Positions 1 through 8,296 of a stretch of 52,735 nucleotides of DNA are shown here, piece after piece. Each line of letters opens with the position of its first letter. The first letter of the stretch is position 1. The stretch spans positions 1 to 52,735 of the forward strand of contig CAAGRQ010000132.1 in the NCBI GenBank assembly GCA_900772705.1, read 5' to 3'. This DNA is from Clostridia bacterium. GTDB taxonomy: Bacteria; Bacillota; Clostridia; Oscillospirales; Acutalibacteraceae. The position numbers and the translations under genes were made by a program. Under the pieces are notes generated by a model. That model ran no database searches. It saw only the letters and a list, made by a program, of their open reading frames with translations, and was not told the origin of the DNA.

Positions 1-61
1 AAATGCGAAGCATTTGGGTGGCTGAACGAAACAGTATGCAAGGCGAAGCCGCAGCAGACGC

Positions 62-82
62 CGAGCCCTGTTGTTCCCACCA
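62..82 (+). repeat. Isolated 3' end of a tRNA-Val-like gene (att-like duplicate, not a full tRNA)
   Basis: CGAGCCCTGTTGTTCCCACCA resembles the T-arm 3' half, acceptor strand and CCA of clostridial tRNA-Val(TAC). The 61 nt upstream lack GGTTC and do not form a cloverleaf. Confidence 0.6.
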
Positions 83-85
83 AAC

Positions 86-118
86 AAAAAGCAATCGTCT
101 TTTGGCGGTTGCTTTTTT
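86..118 (+). terminator. Rho-independent terminator
   Basis: AAAAAGCAATCGTC-TTTT-GGCGGTTGCTTTTTT hairpin with U tract. Confidence 0.8.
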
Positions 119-145
119 GTTTTATTTTTTATAAATTTGCAAAAT

Positions 146-185
146 AAAAGATATGCCAACGCTTATATATTGGCATATCTTTTTT
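146..185 (-). terminator. Bidirectional terminator downstream of htrA
   Basis: AAAAGATATGCCAA-N10-TTGGCATATCTTTT perfect inverted repeat. Confidence 0.8.
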
Positions 186-237
186 GATATTGTAACAGAT
201 AAAGTTAAAAAGCATAAATAAATCCGTTACTTAATTA

Positions 238-1752
238 TTATTCTTTGCTTTCTATAAGTTTGCATTCAACTTCAAAAGTTTTAATGCTGTTATTTTCGAT
301 TCTTGCAACAGTCAGTTTAACGGTATCGCCTGGAGATGATTTGCTCAAAACAGAAGTCATAACATCGGTAGAAGTAAGAACATCGCCGTTTACGGCAACA
401 ATCATATCATACTGCTTAACATCTTTATTTGCCAAATCGGAATCGGAACTGATTTCGTTAATTACCATTGCGCCTTCGGCATTCTTAAAGCCCTTTTCTG
501 CAAGAGCGGAAATAACCTGCTGTGCGTTGGTAACATTTGAAATAGGAACATAAGTTATACCGAGTTTTGCCCTGCCTGCCACATATCCGTTTTGTATAAG
601 GCTGTTTGCGGTATTAACGGCTGTATTACTCGGAATTGCAAAGCCCATGCCCTCGTACTCGGTAGAAGCAATCTTAGAAGAATTAATACCGATTACCTGA
701 CCGTCCATATTAAACAGAGCACCGCCGGAGTTACCGGGATTAATAGCCGTATCTGTCTGGATACATTCGTTATTATAACCGATTGATGAAGACACGGGGC
801 GGTCAAGTGCAGAGACAATACCCGTTGCTACACTGTTCATAAACTTACTGCCGCCCGGGCATCCGATAGCAACGCACTGCTCGCCGACAGAAATATTATC
901 ACTGTTTGCGAACTCTGCAATTTTAAGACCCGTAGCCTTAATGGCTAGCACGCCTATATCTGTCTGACTGTCAACGCCCACCATCGTGGCATCGTATTCG
1001 GTTCCGTCATTTGTAGTTACCTTAAATGTTGAGCCGTCCGAAATAACATGAGCACAAGTCATAATATATGTCTTGCCGTCAGCCTCGCTCATAATAACGC
1101 CGGAGCCCTCGCCCGACAGTGTCGGGTCTGATGATGACGAACTGTTATTTCCGTAGCCGTAAAAATAGTTATAAGCACTCTGTTCTGTATAAACGGAAAC
1201 GAGAACGCACGAATCCATATTTTCTTCGGCAACGCCTGCTACGGTCAGATTGCCGTTGCTGTCCTTCATATCCGCCTTTGAACCGTCAGTAATGCTTGCG
1301 GAAGCATCACTGCTTTGAGAGGTAGAGTTGTCGTTTGAATCGTCAGATTTAATAACACCCGTTGCAGAAAGCGCAATCGCCGCAATGGCGAACACGGCAC
1401 ATACCGCAACAACAATAATGATAATCTTAACCGATTTTTTCATCGGCTTTTTAGTCTTAACGGGTTTACCGTTTACATAGGTTGCGTCCGATTGCTGATG
1501 AGGTGCATAATACTGCTGTGACTGCTGAGCATAATTAGGAGCAGACGAAGCATTGTTGACCGTATTTTGATACTGTGAACCGCCGGTCGGTCTGTAATAA
1601 TAGCTCTGACTTTGCCCACTCGGCGGAGTCTGCTGTTCCTGCGGAGTCTTAGGCGGTACATAATGATACTCGCCCGACGGGCTGAAGTTTGGCTCCGATT
1701 GTGAATTATTATTTTCATCGGGAGTCAAATTTTGTTTGTTATAGTCATCCAT
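238..1752 (-). CDS. htrA: HtrA/DegP-family serine protease (membrane anchor, trypsin and PDZ domains)
   Basis: TCAHV, DIGVL and INPGNSGG triad motifs; single TM helix; C-terminal PDZ; Q/S/N-rich N-terminus. Confidence 0.93.
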   Translation of the reverse strand: MDDYNKQNLTPDENNNSQSEPNFSPSGEYHYVPPKTPQEQQTPPSGQSQSYYYRPTGGSQYQNTVNNASSAPNYAQQSQQYYAPHQQSDATYVNGKPVKTKKPMKKSVKIIIIVVAVCAVFAIAAIALSATGVIKSDDSNDNSTSQSSDASASITDGSKADMKDSNGNLTVAGVAEENMDSCVLVSVYTEQSAYNYFYGYGNNSSSSSDPTLSGEGSGVIMSEADGKTYIMTCAHVISDGSTFKVTTNDGTEYDATMVGVDSQTDIGVLAIKATGLKIAEFANSDNISVGEQCVAIGCPGGSKFMNSVATGIVSALDRPVSSSIGYNNECIQTDTAINPGNSGGALFNMDGQVIGINSSKIASTEYEGMGFAIPSNTAVNTANSLIQNGYVAGRAKLGITYVPISNVTNAQQVISALAEKGFKNAEGAMVINEISSDSDLANKDVKQYDMIVAVNGDVLTSTDVMTSVLSKSSPGDTVKLTVARIENNSIKTFEVECKLIESKE

Positions 1753-1785
1753 TAGAATTATCTCCTTTTTTGAGGCAATGCCCCA

Positions 1786-3294
1786 TTAATGTTGCTTTGG
1801 CAGAGTAAACACGAACTCAGCCTCCGTTTTGCTGTCGGAGCGTGCAAAAATTCTGCCGCCGTGCATTTCCACCATAGTTTTAACTATATACAGTCCCAAG
1901 CCTGCGCCCTTTGCGTCCAAAGAACGGGACTTGTCAACTTTGTAAAACCTTTCAAATATTCTGGACAATTCGGTCGAGTCAATGCCTTCGCCGCTGTTCT
2001 TAATCGAGCACTGAACGCTGTCACCCATATCTGTAATTTGAATATCTATATAACCGTTTTCGTTAGTAAATTTAACGGCGTTGTCAAACAGGTTATAAAC
2101 CACCTGATAAATCATATCGGGATCTGCCACAACATAATGCGGCTGAACATTATCAAGACCTCTTATCTCTATATTCTTCTTATCAATCTTTTGCTCAAAG
2201 GTCAAAAGAACATGAATAACCTGGTCTGTAATATTATACGGCTTTGGTTTCATCTCAAAGTCGCCCGATTCAATCTTGCTCATATTAAGCATAGCAACAA
2301 CAAGCCTTGAAAGGCGTCGAACCTCGTCGGAAACGATTTTAAGGTAATATTCTTCCTTTTCTTTCGGAATGGTTCCGTCAAGTATTCCGTCGATAAATCC
2401 CGCAATGGAGGTCATCGGTGTTTTCAACTCATGCGACACATTGGCGACAAAACTTCTTCTCGAACTTTCGAGTTTATCGAGTGCGTCAGCCATCTCATTA
2501 AACGCATATCCCAAGTCGGCAAGTTCATCGTTTGTTTTAATATTAACTCTGTATGAAAAATCACCTACGGCAAACTTCTTAGCCGCAAGGCTCATTTGCT
2601 GAAGCGGTGTGACCATTCTCTTAGTCAGTTTCCAAATGAGAATACCGGCAATGATAAGGCATATTAATGTTATTATCAAAAACGCTCTGAATATAAGAGA
2701 AACAACCTGAGTGGTTCCCGCCGGAGTAATGGCAAATACCGAGCCGATAATCCGACCGTTATCTCTAAGAGAGTCGTTGTCGTAATCGGACACAATGGGC
2801 GAGCCGACGATATAATACTTTTCGCCGTTGATAACCGCCCTGCTGACCGAAGCGGACGAGCCCTCGTAAACTCTCTGCACCTGCTTATCGCCTACCGACA
2901 GCGACTTATGATTATTACACACAAGAGAGCCGGAACGAATAGCGTTAACTCCCGTCTGCTCCTTGCACATAATAACCGTGCCGCCCGAATCACAAACAAA
3001 GACATCGGCGTCTATGCAGTTTGAAACCATACTCAAATTTTCGCAAATAGTCTCTTTATCGTAAGAATATGTGCTGTTCATATTGTTAACTATCATATTC
3101 TGAGAAATATAATTTGCAATCGACTGAGTATTTTCGCTGAGAAGTGCGGTCTTATCCTTTAAGGAATAGCCGTTTACAATAGTTACGAGCGCCATTCCGA
3201 GAACTATAAAGCATACCAAAAAAATGGCAATAAACAGGCAAAAATACTTTGTAAAAATATTCTGCCTTTTTCCTCTTTTCGCAGCTCCTACCAT
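1786..3294 (-). CDS. Sensor histidine kinase (2 TM, HAMP, HisKA, HATPase)
   Basis: NVSHELKTP H-box, NLFDNAVKF N-box, FERFYKVDKSR, GAGLGL. Confidence 0.95.
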   Translation of the reverse strand: MVGAAKRGKRQNIFTKYFCLFIAIFLVCFIVLGMALVTIVNGYSLKDKTALLSENTQSIANYISQNMIVNNMNSTYSYDKETICENLSMVSNCIDADVFVCDSGGTVIMCKEQTGVNAIRSGSLVCNNHKSLSVGDKQVQRVYEGSSASVSRAVINGEKYYIVGSPIVSDYDNDSLRDNGRIIGSVFAITPAGTTQVVSLIFRAFLIITLICLIIAGILIWKLTKRMVTPLQQMSLAAKKFAVGDFSYRVNIKTNDELADLGYAFNEMADALDKLESSRRSFVANVSHELKTPMTSIAGFIDGILDGTIPKEKEEYYLKIVSDEVRRLSRLVVAMLNMSKIESGDFEMKPKPYNITDQVIHVLLTFEQKIDKKNIEIRGLDNVQPHYVVADPDMIYQVVYNLFDNAVKFTNENGYIDIQITDMGDSVQCSIKNSGEGIDSTELSRIFERFYKVDKSRSLDAKGAGLGLYIVKTMVEMHGGRIFARSDSKTEAEFVFTLPKQH

Positions 3295-3297
3295 ACG

Positions 3298-3993
3298 TTA
3301 ATCCTTCGTTTCAAACTTATAGCCAACGCCCCATACGGTTTTAAGGCACCATTTGTCGGAAACGCCCTCAAGTTTTTCACGGAGTCTTTTTACATGAACA
3401 TCAACGGTTCGGCTGTCTCCGTAATAATCAAAGCCCCATACCTCGTCGAGAAGTTGGTCACGGGTATATACTCTGTTCGGATTAGATGCAAAATGATAAA
3501 TGAGTTCAAGTTCTTTTGGCGGCGTATCAACCGGCACACCCTTAACTTTCATCTCATAATTTTGGATATTTATTTCAAGATTATCGTAGATAACCGTTTT
3601 TTTCTTATCCTCGGCTGCCTCGGAGTCTCCCTTTGTTCTGCGGAGCACAGCCTTTACCCTAGCCATTACTTCCTTGGTATCAAACGGTTTTACGACATAA
3701 TCGTCCGCACCCAGTTCAAGACCGAGCACCTTGTCAAAAGTTTCGCCTTTGGCGGTAAGCATAATAATTGGAACGCTCGAAGTCTTTCTGATTTCACGGC
3801 AAACCTGCCAGCCGTCCATCTTAGGCAGCATAATATCAAGAAGTACCAAATCGGGAGTTTTGTTCTTAAACATATCCACGGCTTGCTTACCGTCGTTTGC
3901 GGTATAAACAACATATCCGTCATTCTCAAGGTAAAGTTTAAGCAACTCGCAAATGTTAAGGTCATCGTCAACAACAAGAATTTTATTAGCCAT
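3298..3993 (-). CDS. OmpR/PhoB-family response regulator
   Basis: VVDDD, LLDIMLP, GADDYVVKPF, RTVDVHVKRLREK, TVWGVGY. Confidence 0.95.
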   Translation of the reverse strand: MANKILVVDDDLNICELLKLYLENDGYVVYTANDGKQAVDMFKNKTPDLVLLDIMLPKMDGWQVCREIRKTSSVPIIMLTAKGETFDKVLGLELGADDYVVKPFDTKEVMARVKAVLRRTKGDSEAAEDKKKTVIYDNLEINIQNYEMKVKGVPVDTPPKELELIYHFASNPNRVYTRDQLLDEVWGFDYYGDSRTVDVHVKRLREKLEGVSDKWCLKTVWGVGYKFETKD

Positions 3994-4126
3994 AATTAAG
4001 TTTCCTTTCGTTTGTTTGTTTTTCCTATGTACTCATAATACAATCCGTTTTTGTTCACAATTTGTATTTTGAGTAAACAAAGAATTAAATTTTTGAACAA
4101 TTAGTTAATACAAATTAATCAAATTT

Positions 4127-5371
4127 TTACCACTGCATATCACGCTTTTCGCAACTCTCTACATAGTCGATAAACTGCTTTGCGCATCTGGGCGATCTGC
4201 CACCTCTTCTCAGAGCCCATGTATCGGCAGCGGCAAGAAGTTTCGGAATATCCGCTTTAAGTCCTCTGTCAAGAGCAATTTTCTCCACAATGTCGAAAAA
4301 CTGAGCCTTGTCGGGATTGATAAATGTAACCGAAAGACCGAACCTGTCGGAAAGGCTGAGTTCCTCCTGGAGAGTATCCGAACGGTTTACATCATTTTCT
4401 CTGTCGGAGAAATTCTCCTTAATAAGATGGCGGCGGTTTGAGGTTGCATAAATAAGAGTGTTATTTTGTCTGCCCGAGAGCGAACCCTCGAGAGCCGCTT
4501 TAAGTTCGCCGAAAGAATCATCGTGATTGTCAAAACTCAAATCGTCAATAAAGATAATGAATTTCATCGGGCTGTCCGCAATCTTTTCCCTAATCATAGT
4601 AAGGTCGTTGATGTCACCCTTTGATATTTCTATCATACGCAGTCCCTTTGACTTATACTCATTGAGAATTGCATGAACGGTTGAACTTTTGCCGGTTCCT
4701 CTGTCGCCGTAGAGCAAAACATTATTTGCCGGCAAGCCGTTAATAAACGCCGTGGTGTTATCCACAACCTTTCTGCGCTGAAGTTCATAATTTTTCAAAT
4801 CGCCGAGAGTAATCGGGTCAATTGCCGTAATCGGAACAAACTCCTCGTTTCGCCATGTAAACGCAACAAATTTTGCAAACACGCCGTAGCCGTTGTTTTT
4901 ATAAAAATCTTTGAGTTCGTCAAGCTGCTGCGCCCAATTCTCTTTAAGCGGAAGCATTGCCCTGCCGTTATTATTCCACTTCGGCATAGTAGAAAGCACC
5001 TCGGCAATGTCCTCATCCTGCTCGGCACGAACAATATCCTGTGCAGAAATACCCGCAATAAGTTCCAGTTTTTCCAAATCGGACTTTACTCCGTCGATTA
5101 CGGATGAGTCAAGTTCGTCGCATTTTCCCGCCGCAGCCGCTTTTGTAAAAACATTATCGTCGGTCAAAATGAGTTTTGACACATAGTGCCTAAATGAATG
5201 ATGCTCCGACACCAACTTAAAAAATCTGCTTTGCTTAATCAAAACAGTCTCGTCATCAATCGAATCAAGAAGTTCATACAGTGCGTTGATTATCTCGTCA
5301 TTCTTCAAATCATACACACAAAGAGACTCTATATAATATCTTATTTTTACCGCTTTATTCAACTTAATCAC
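4127..5371 (-). CDS. DUF815-family AAA+ ATP-binding protein
   Basis: Walker A GDRGTGKS, IIFIDDLSF, YATSNRRHL, SLSDRFGL, GGRSPR; GTG start. Confidence 0.88.
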   Translation of the reverse strand: MIKLNKAVKIRYYIESLCVYDLKNDEIINALYELLDSIDDETVLIKQSRFFKLVSEHHSFRHYVSKLILTDDNVFTKAAAAGKCDELDSSVIDGVKSDLEKLELIAGISAQDIVRAEQDEDIAEVLSTMPKWNNNGRAMLPLKENWAQQLDELKDFYKNNGYGVFAKFVAFTWRNEEFVPITAIDPITLGDLKNYELQRRKVVDNTTAFINGLPANNVLLYGDRGTGKSSTVHAILNEYKSKGLRMIEISKGDINDLTMIREKIADSPMKFIIFIDDLSFDNHDDSFGELKAALEGSLSGRQNNTLIYATSNRRHLIKENFSDRENDVNRSDTLQEELSLSDRFGLSVTFINPDKAQFFDIVEKIALDRGLKADIPKLLAAADTWALRRGGRSPRCAKQFIDYVESCEKRDMQW

Positions 5372-5480
5372 CTGCTTTACATAGAATGTAATTTATAATT
5401 AATTACATAATATACTATTTGTTCACAATTTACAATAGTATCGACACAGAAAAATGATATTTTTTTGCAAAAAATATTTT

Positions 5481-5500
5481 GATGTATGATGTCTGACAAC
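5481..5500. promoter_or_regulatory. Putative FadR/GntR operator upstream of the regulator
   Basis: GATGT-CTG-ACAAC (5488-5500) matches the GTTGT-N3-ACAAC palindromes upstream of ilvC. Confidence 0.6.
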
Positions 5501-5556
5501 TAATTGACACGAGTTCCCTTTTGTGCTATTATTATAAAGGAAAGCGAGGTCGGAGT

Positions 5557-6219
5557 ATGAACAAAGGAAGACTGTCCGATGTTACGGCGAAAAGAATAAG
5601 AAATATGATAGAAGAAAACCGCTTCAAGGTGGGCGACAAATTGCCTAACGAAAATGATTTTGCAAACGAACTCGGCATCAGCAGAAGCACGCTGAGGGAA
5701 GCAATCAAGGCATTGACCTCTCTGGGGATACTGGAGATAAGGCGTGGCAAGGGCACATTCGTTACAGATTCCACGGTTATCGAAAGCGGCGATCTGGGCG
5801 AGATTAATTCCGGACTCGGCGACCTGTTTGAAATGAGGCTGATGTTTGAGCCGGAATGTGCCTATTATGCGGCTCAGAGAGCCACAGACGAGGAAATTGC
5901 AACCATCTGCAAATACGGCGAGGCGGTAGAACAAAAGATAAAAAGCGGCGAGGACAGAACCTTTGAGGAACAAAAGTTCCACGAGAGTATAGCGAGCGCA
6001 ACGCACAACGCTTTCGTTCAGCAGTTTATGCCGATTATTTTCAACGCCATAAAAAAGGGCGTAATTGTAATGCAAAAAGACAGAATGGTAAGCGACGATA
6101 ACCTCAACGATGACCGACTGATTATGGACTTTTTGAAAGCACGAAACGCAGACGGTGCAAGAACAGCAATGCGTCTGCATATAATTCATGCAATGGAAGG
6201 GCTAAAAAATTTAAATTAA
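5557..6219 (+). CDS. FadR/GntR-family transcriptional regulator (wHTH plus FCD)
   Basis: GDKLPNE..LGISRSTLREA..RRGKGTFV; FCD motifs FH and HNA; start taken as ATG 5557 after GAGGTCGGAG. Confidence 0.92.
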   Translation: MNKGRLSDVTAKRIRNMIEENRFKVGDKLPNENDFANELGISRSTLREAIKALTSLGILEIRRGKGTFVTDSTVIESGDLGEINSGLGDLFEMRLMFEPECAYYAAQRATDEEIATICKYGEAVEQKIKSGEDRTFEEQKFHESIASATHNAFVQQFMPIIFNAIKKGVIVMQKDRMVSDDNLNDDRLIMDFLKARNADGARTAMRLHIIHAMEGLKNLN

Positions 6220-6222
6220 CTC

Positions 6223-6251
6223 TTGACATAAGACAACTAACAATATATAAT
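6223..6251 (+). promoter_or_regulatory. Sigma-A promoter of ilvC
   Basis: Perfect TTGACA (6223-6228), 17 bp spacer, TATAAT (6246-6251). Confidence 0.85.
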
Positions 6252-6272
6252 GTCATTAAAAGGTAAAACAAA

Positions 6273-6303
6273 TCAGTTGTTTGACAACTTGTCTTACAAC
6301 TGA
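6273..6303. promoter_or_regulatory. Tandem FadR/GntR-type operator in the ilvC leader
   Basis: TCAGTTGTTTGACAACTTGTCTTACAACTGA holds two adjacent TTGT-N3-ACAA palindromes. Confidence 0.7.
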
Positions 6304-6330
6304 CGAAACAGAATTTATTATTATTTTTAG

Positions 6331-7359
<1,029 letters not shown>

Positions 7360-7381
7360 TCTATAACAAATTTATATATAG

Positions 7382-7420
7382 AAAACGCTACCGAATTAAT
7401 TTCGATAGCGTTTTTATTTT
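7382..7420 (+). terminator. Rho-independent terminator of ilvC
   Basis: AAAACGCTACCGAA...TTCGATAGCGTTTTT hairpin with U tract. Confidence 0.8.
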
Positions 7421-7429
7421 GCCCCGTTA

Positions 7430-7579
7430 ATATGGGATAACGCACAGAAGTTAGCCGATACTCTTAATACCGAACTTGCACAAGGCTTTGCAAGGGGCGA
7501 GGCTTACGAAAAACTCACAAAGCAGATTATCAATAAATTCGAGACAGTCTCTCGTAATAATGCTTATAGACTCAGTTAA
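7430..7579 (+). pseudogene. Internal fragment of a phage minor capsid protein (MuF/SPP1 gp7-like)
   Basis: Startless frame IWDNAQKLADTLNTELAQGFARGEAYEKLTKQIINKFETVSRNNAYRLS*; resembles the IW..L..EL.QG..RG..A.RL segment of MuF and stops just before the expected RTE motif. Confidence 0.7.
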
Positions 7580-7710
7580 ATAAGACGAGAGCACAAAAGG
7601 TATTGAATAATCTGTCTGCTAATGGTACAATGTTAAAGGATGTTGATACAGGCAAGTATCAGTTTCCTATAACCGAAAAATCGTTAGAAAGAGTAAAGGC
7701 TATTTTCTAA
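7579..7710 (+). pseudogene. Second fragment of the phage minor capsid gene (linker and start of C-terminal extension), shifted frame
   Basis: NKTRAQKVLNNLSANGTMLKDVDTGKYQFPITEKSLERVKAIF*; resembles the linker ahead of toxin domains in long MuF proteins. Confidence 0.45.
7603..7631 (+). promoter_or_regulatory. Sigma-A promoter embedded in the MuF linker coding sequence
   Basis: TTGAAT (7603-7608), 17 bp spacer, TACAAT (7626-7631) with TGn extended -10. Confidence 0.7.
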
Positions 7711-7721
7711 GAAAATCTAAT

Positions 7722-7946
7722 ATGATGGGTATTGAGTGTATCGGAAATTCAGGCAATATTATTTACTCGTTTGTAAAACCTACTAATATTAAACCTGATA
7801 TATACGGATATGTAGATTACCTTAATGTTAGGTATCCTGAATATGAAGCATGTAAACATGGCAGAGATATAGAAAAAGCATATAAAATATGTGAGGAGGC
7901 TTTTTATGAAGCAGAAAAATACGGATACAAAATCTATACAAGATGA
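7722..7946 (+). pseudogene. Probable C-terminal remnant of a MuF-linked toxin domain (74-aa ORF)
   Basis: No clear RBS; frame open upstream (YFLRKSN-MMGIECIGNSGNIIYSFVK); lies between the MuF linker and an overlapping small acidic ORF. Confidence 0.45.
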
Positions 7947-8055
7947 TGATTTGGATTTTATGCTTGATGAGTTTATAGGATATGAAAAGTTTCATAAAAT
8001 CATTAAACAGTTAATAGATGAATGCGAGGAAGAGGAAAAGGATGATGAGCAATGA
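7906..8055 (+). CDS. 49-aa acidic protein, candidate immunity protein (not in ORF track)
   Basis: GAGGAGG RBS (7893-7899), ATG 7906, MKQKNTDTKSIQDDDLDFMLDEFIGYEKFHKIIKQLIDECEEEEKDDEQ*; overlaps the upstream ORF by 41 nt. Confidence 0.6.
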   Translation: MKQKNTDTKSIQDDDLDFMLDEFIGYEKFHKIIKQLIDECEEEEKDDEQ

Positions 8056-8084
8056 AGATAGATACGGTTATATTTAGGATATTT

Positions 8085-8112
8085 AAGCACCTTTAATCAG
8101 GTGCTTTTATTA
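8085..8112 (+). terminator. Phage-type Rho-independent terminator
   Basis: AAGCACCT-TTAATC-AGGTGCTT followed by TTATTATGCC. Confidence 0.75.
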
Positions 8113-8128
8113 TGCCTTGAGGTAATAT

Positions 8129-8212
8129 ATGACAACAGTAACCCTAGAAAACAACCGTCTATCGGTCGCAGGACACGCAGGCTACGGCAATGTCGGTTAT
8201 GATATAGTATCT
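8129..8212 (+). pseudogene. prp: 5' fragment of a Prp-family (DUF464) cysteine protease
   Basis: GAGGT RBS; MTTVTLENNRLSVAGHAGYGNVGYDIV matches the GHAxY..G.DIVCA signature but similarity stops at the Cys position. Confidence 0.75.
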
Positions 8213-8244
8213 GAAAGAGAGAAGCCGAACAATAACATAACAAC

Positions 8245-8287
8245 AAAAAACTCGCAGGTTTTATTAGACCTACGAGTTTTATATTTT
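8245..8287 (-). terminator. Bidirectional terminator downstream of the ABC permease
   Basis: AAAACTCGCAGGT...ACCTACGAGTTTT inverted repeat. Confidence 0.7.
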
Positions 8288-8296
8288 GTATCAAAT

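Noticed and set aside
1..82. Complete tRNA gene
   Set aside because: Only the last 21 nt are tRNA-like; D arm, anticodon arm and GGTTC are missing.
5500..6189. 229-aa minus-strand ORF
   Set aside because: Antisense to the well-supported FadR regulator.
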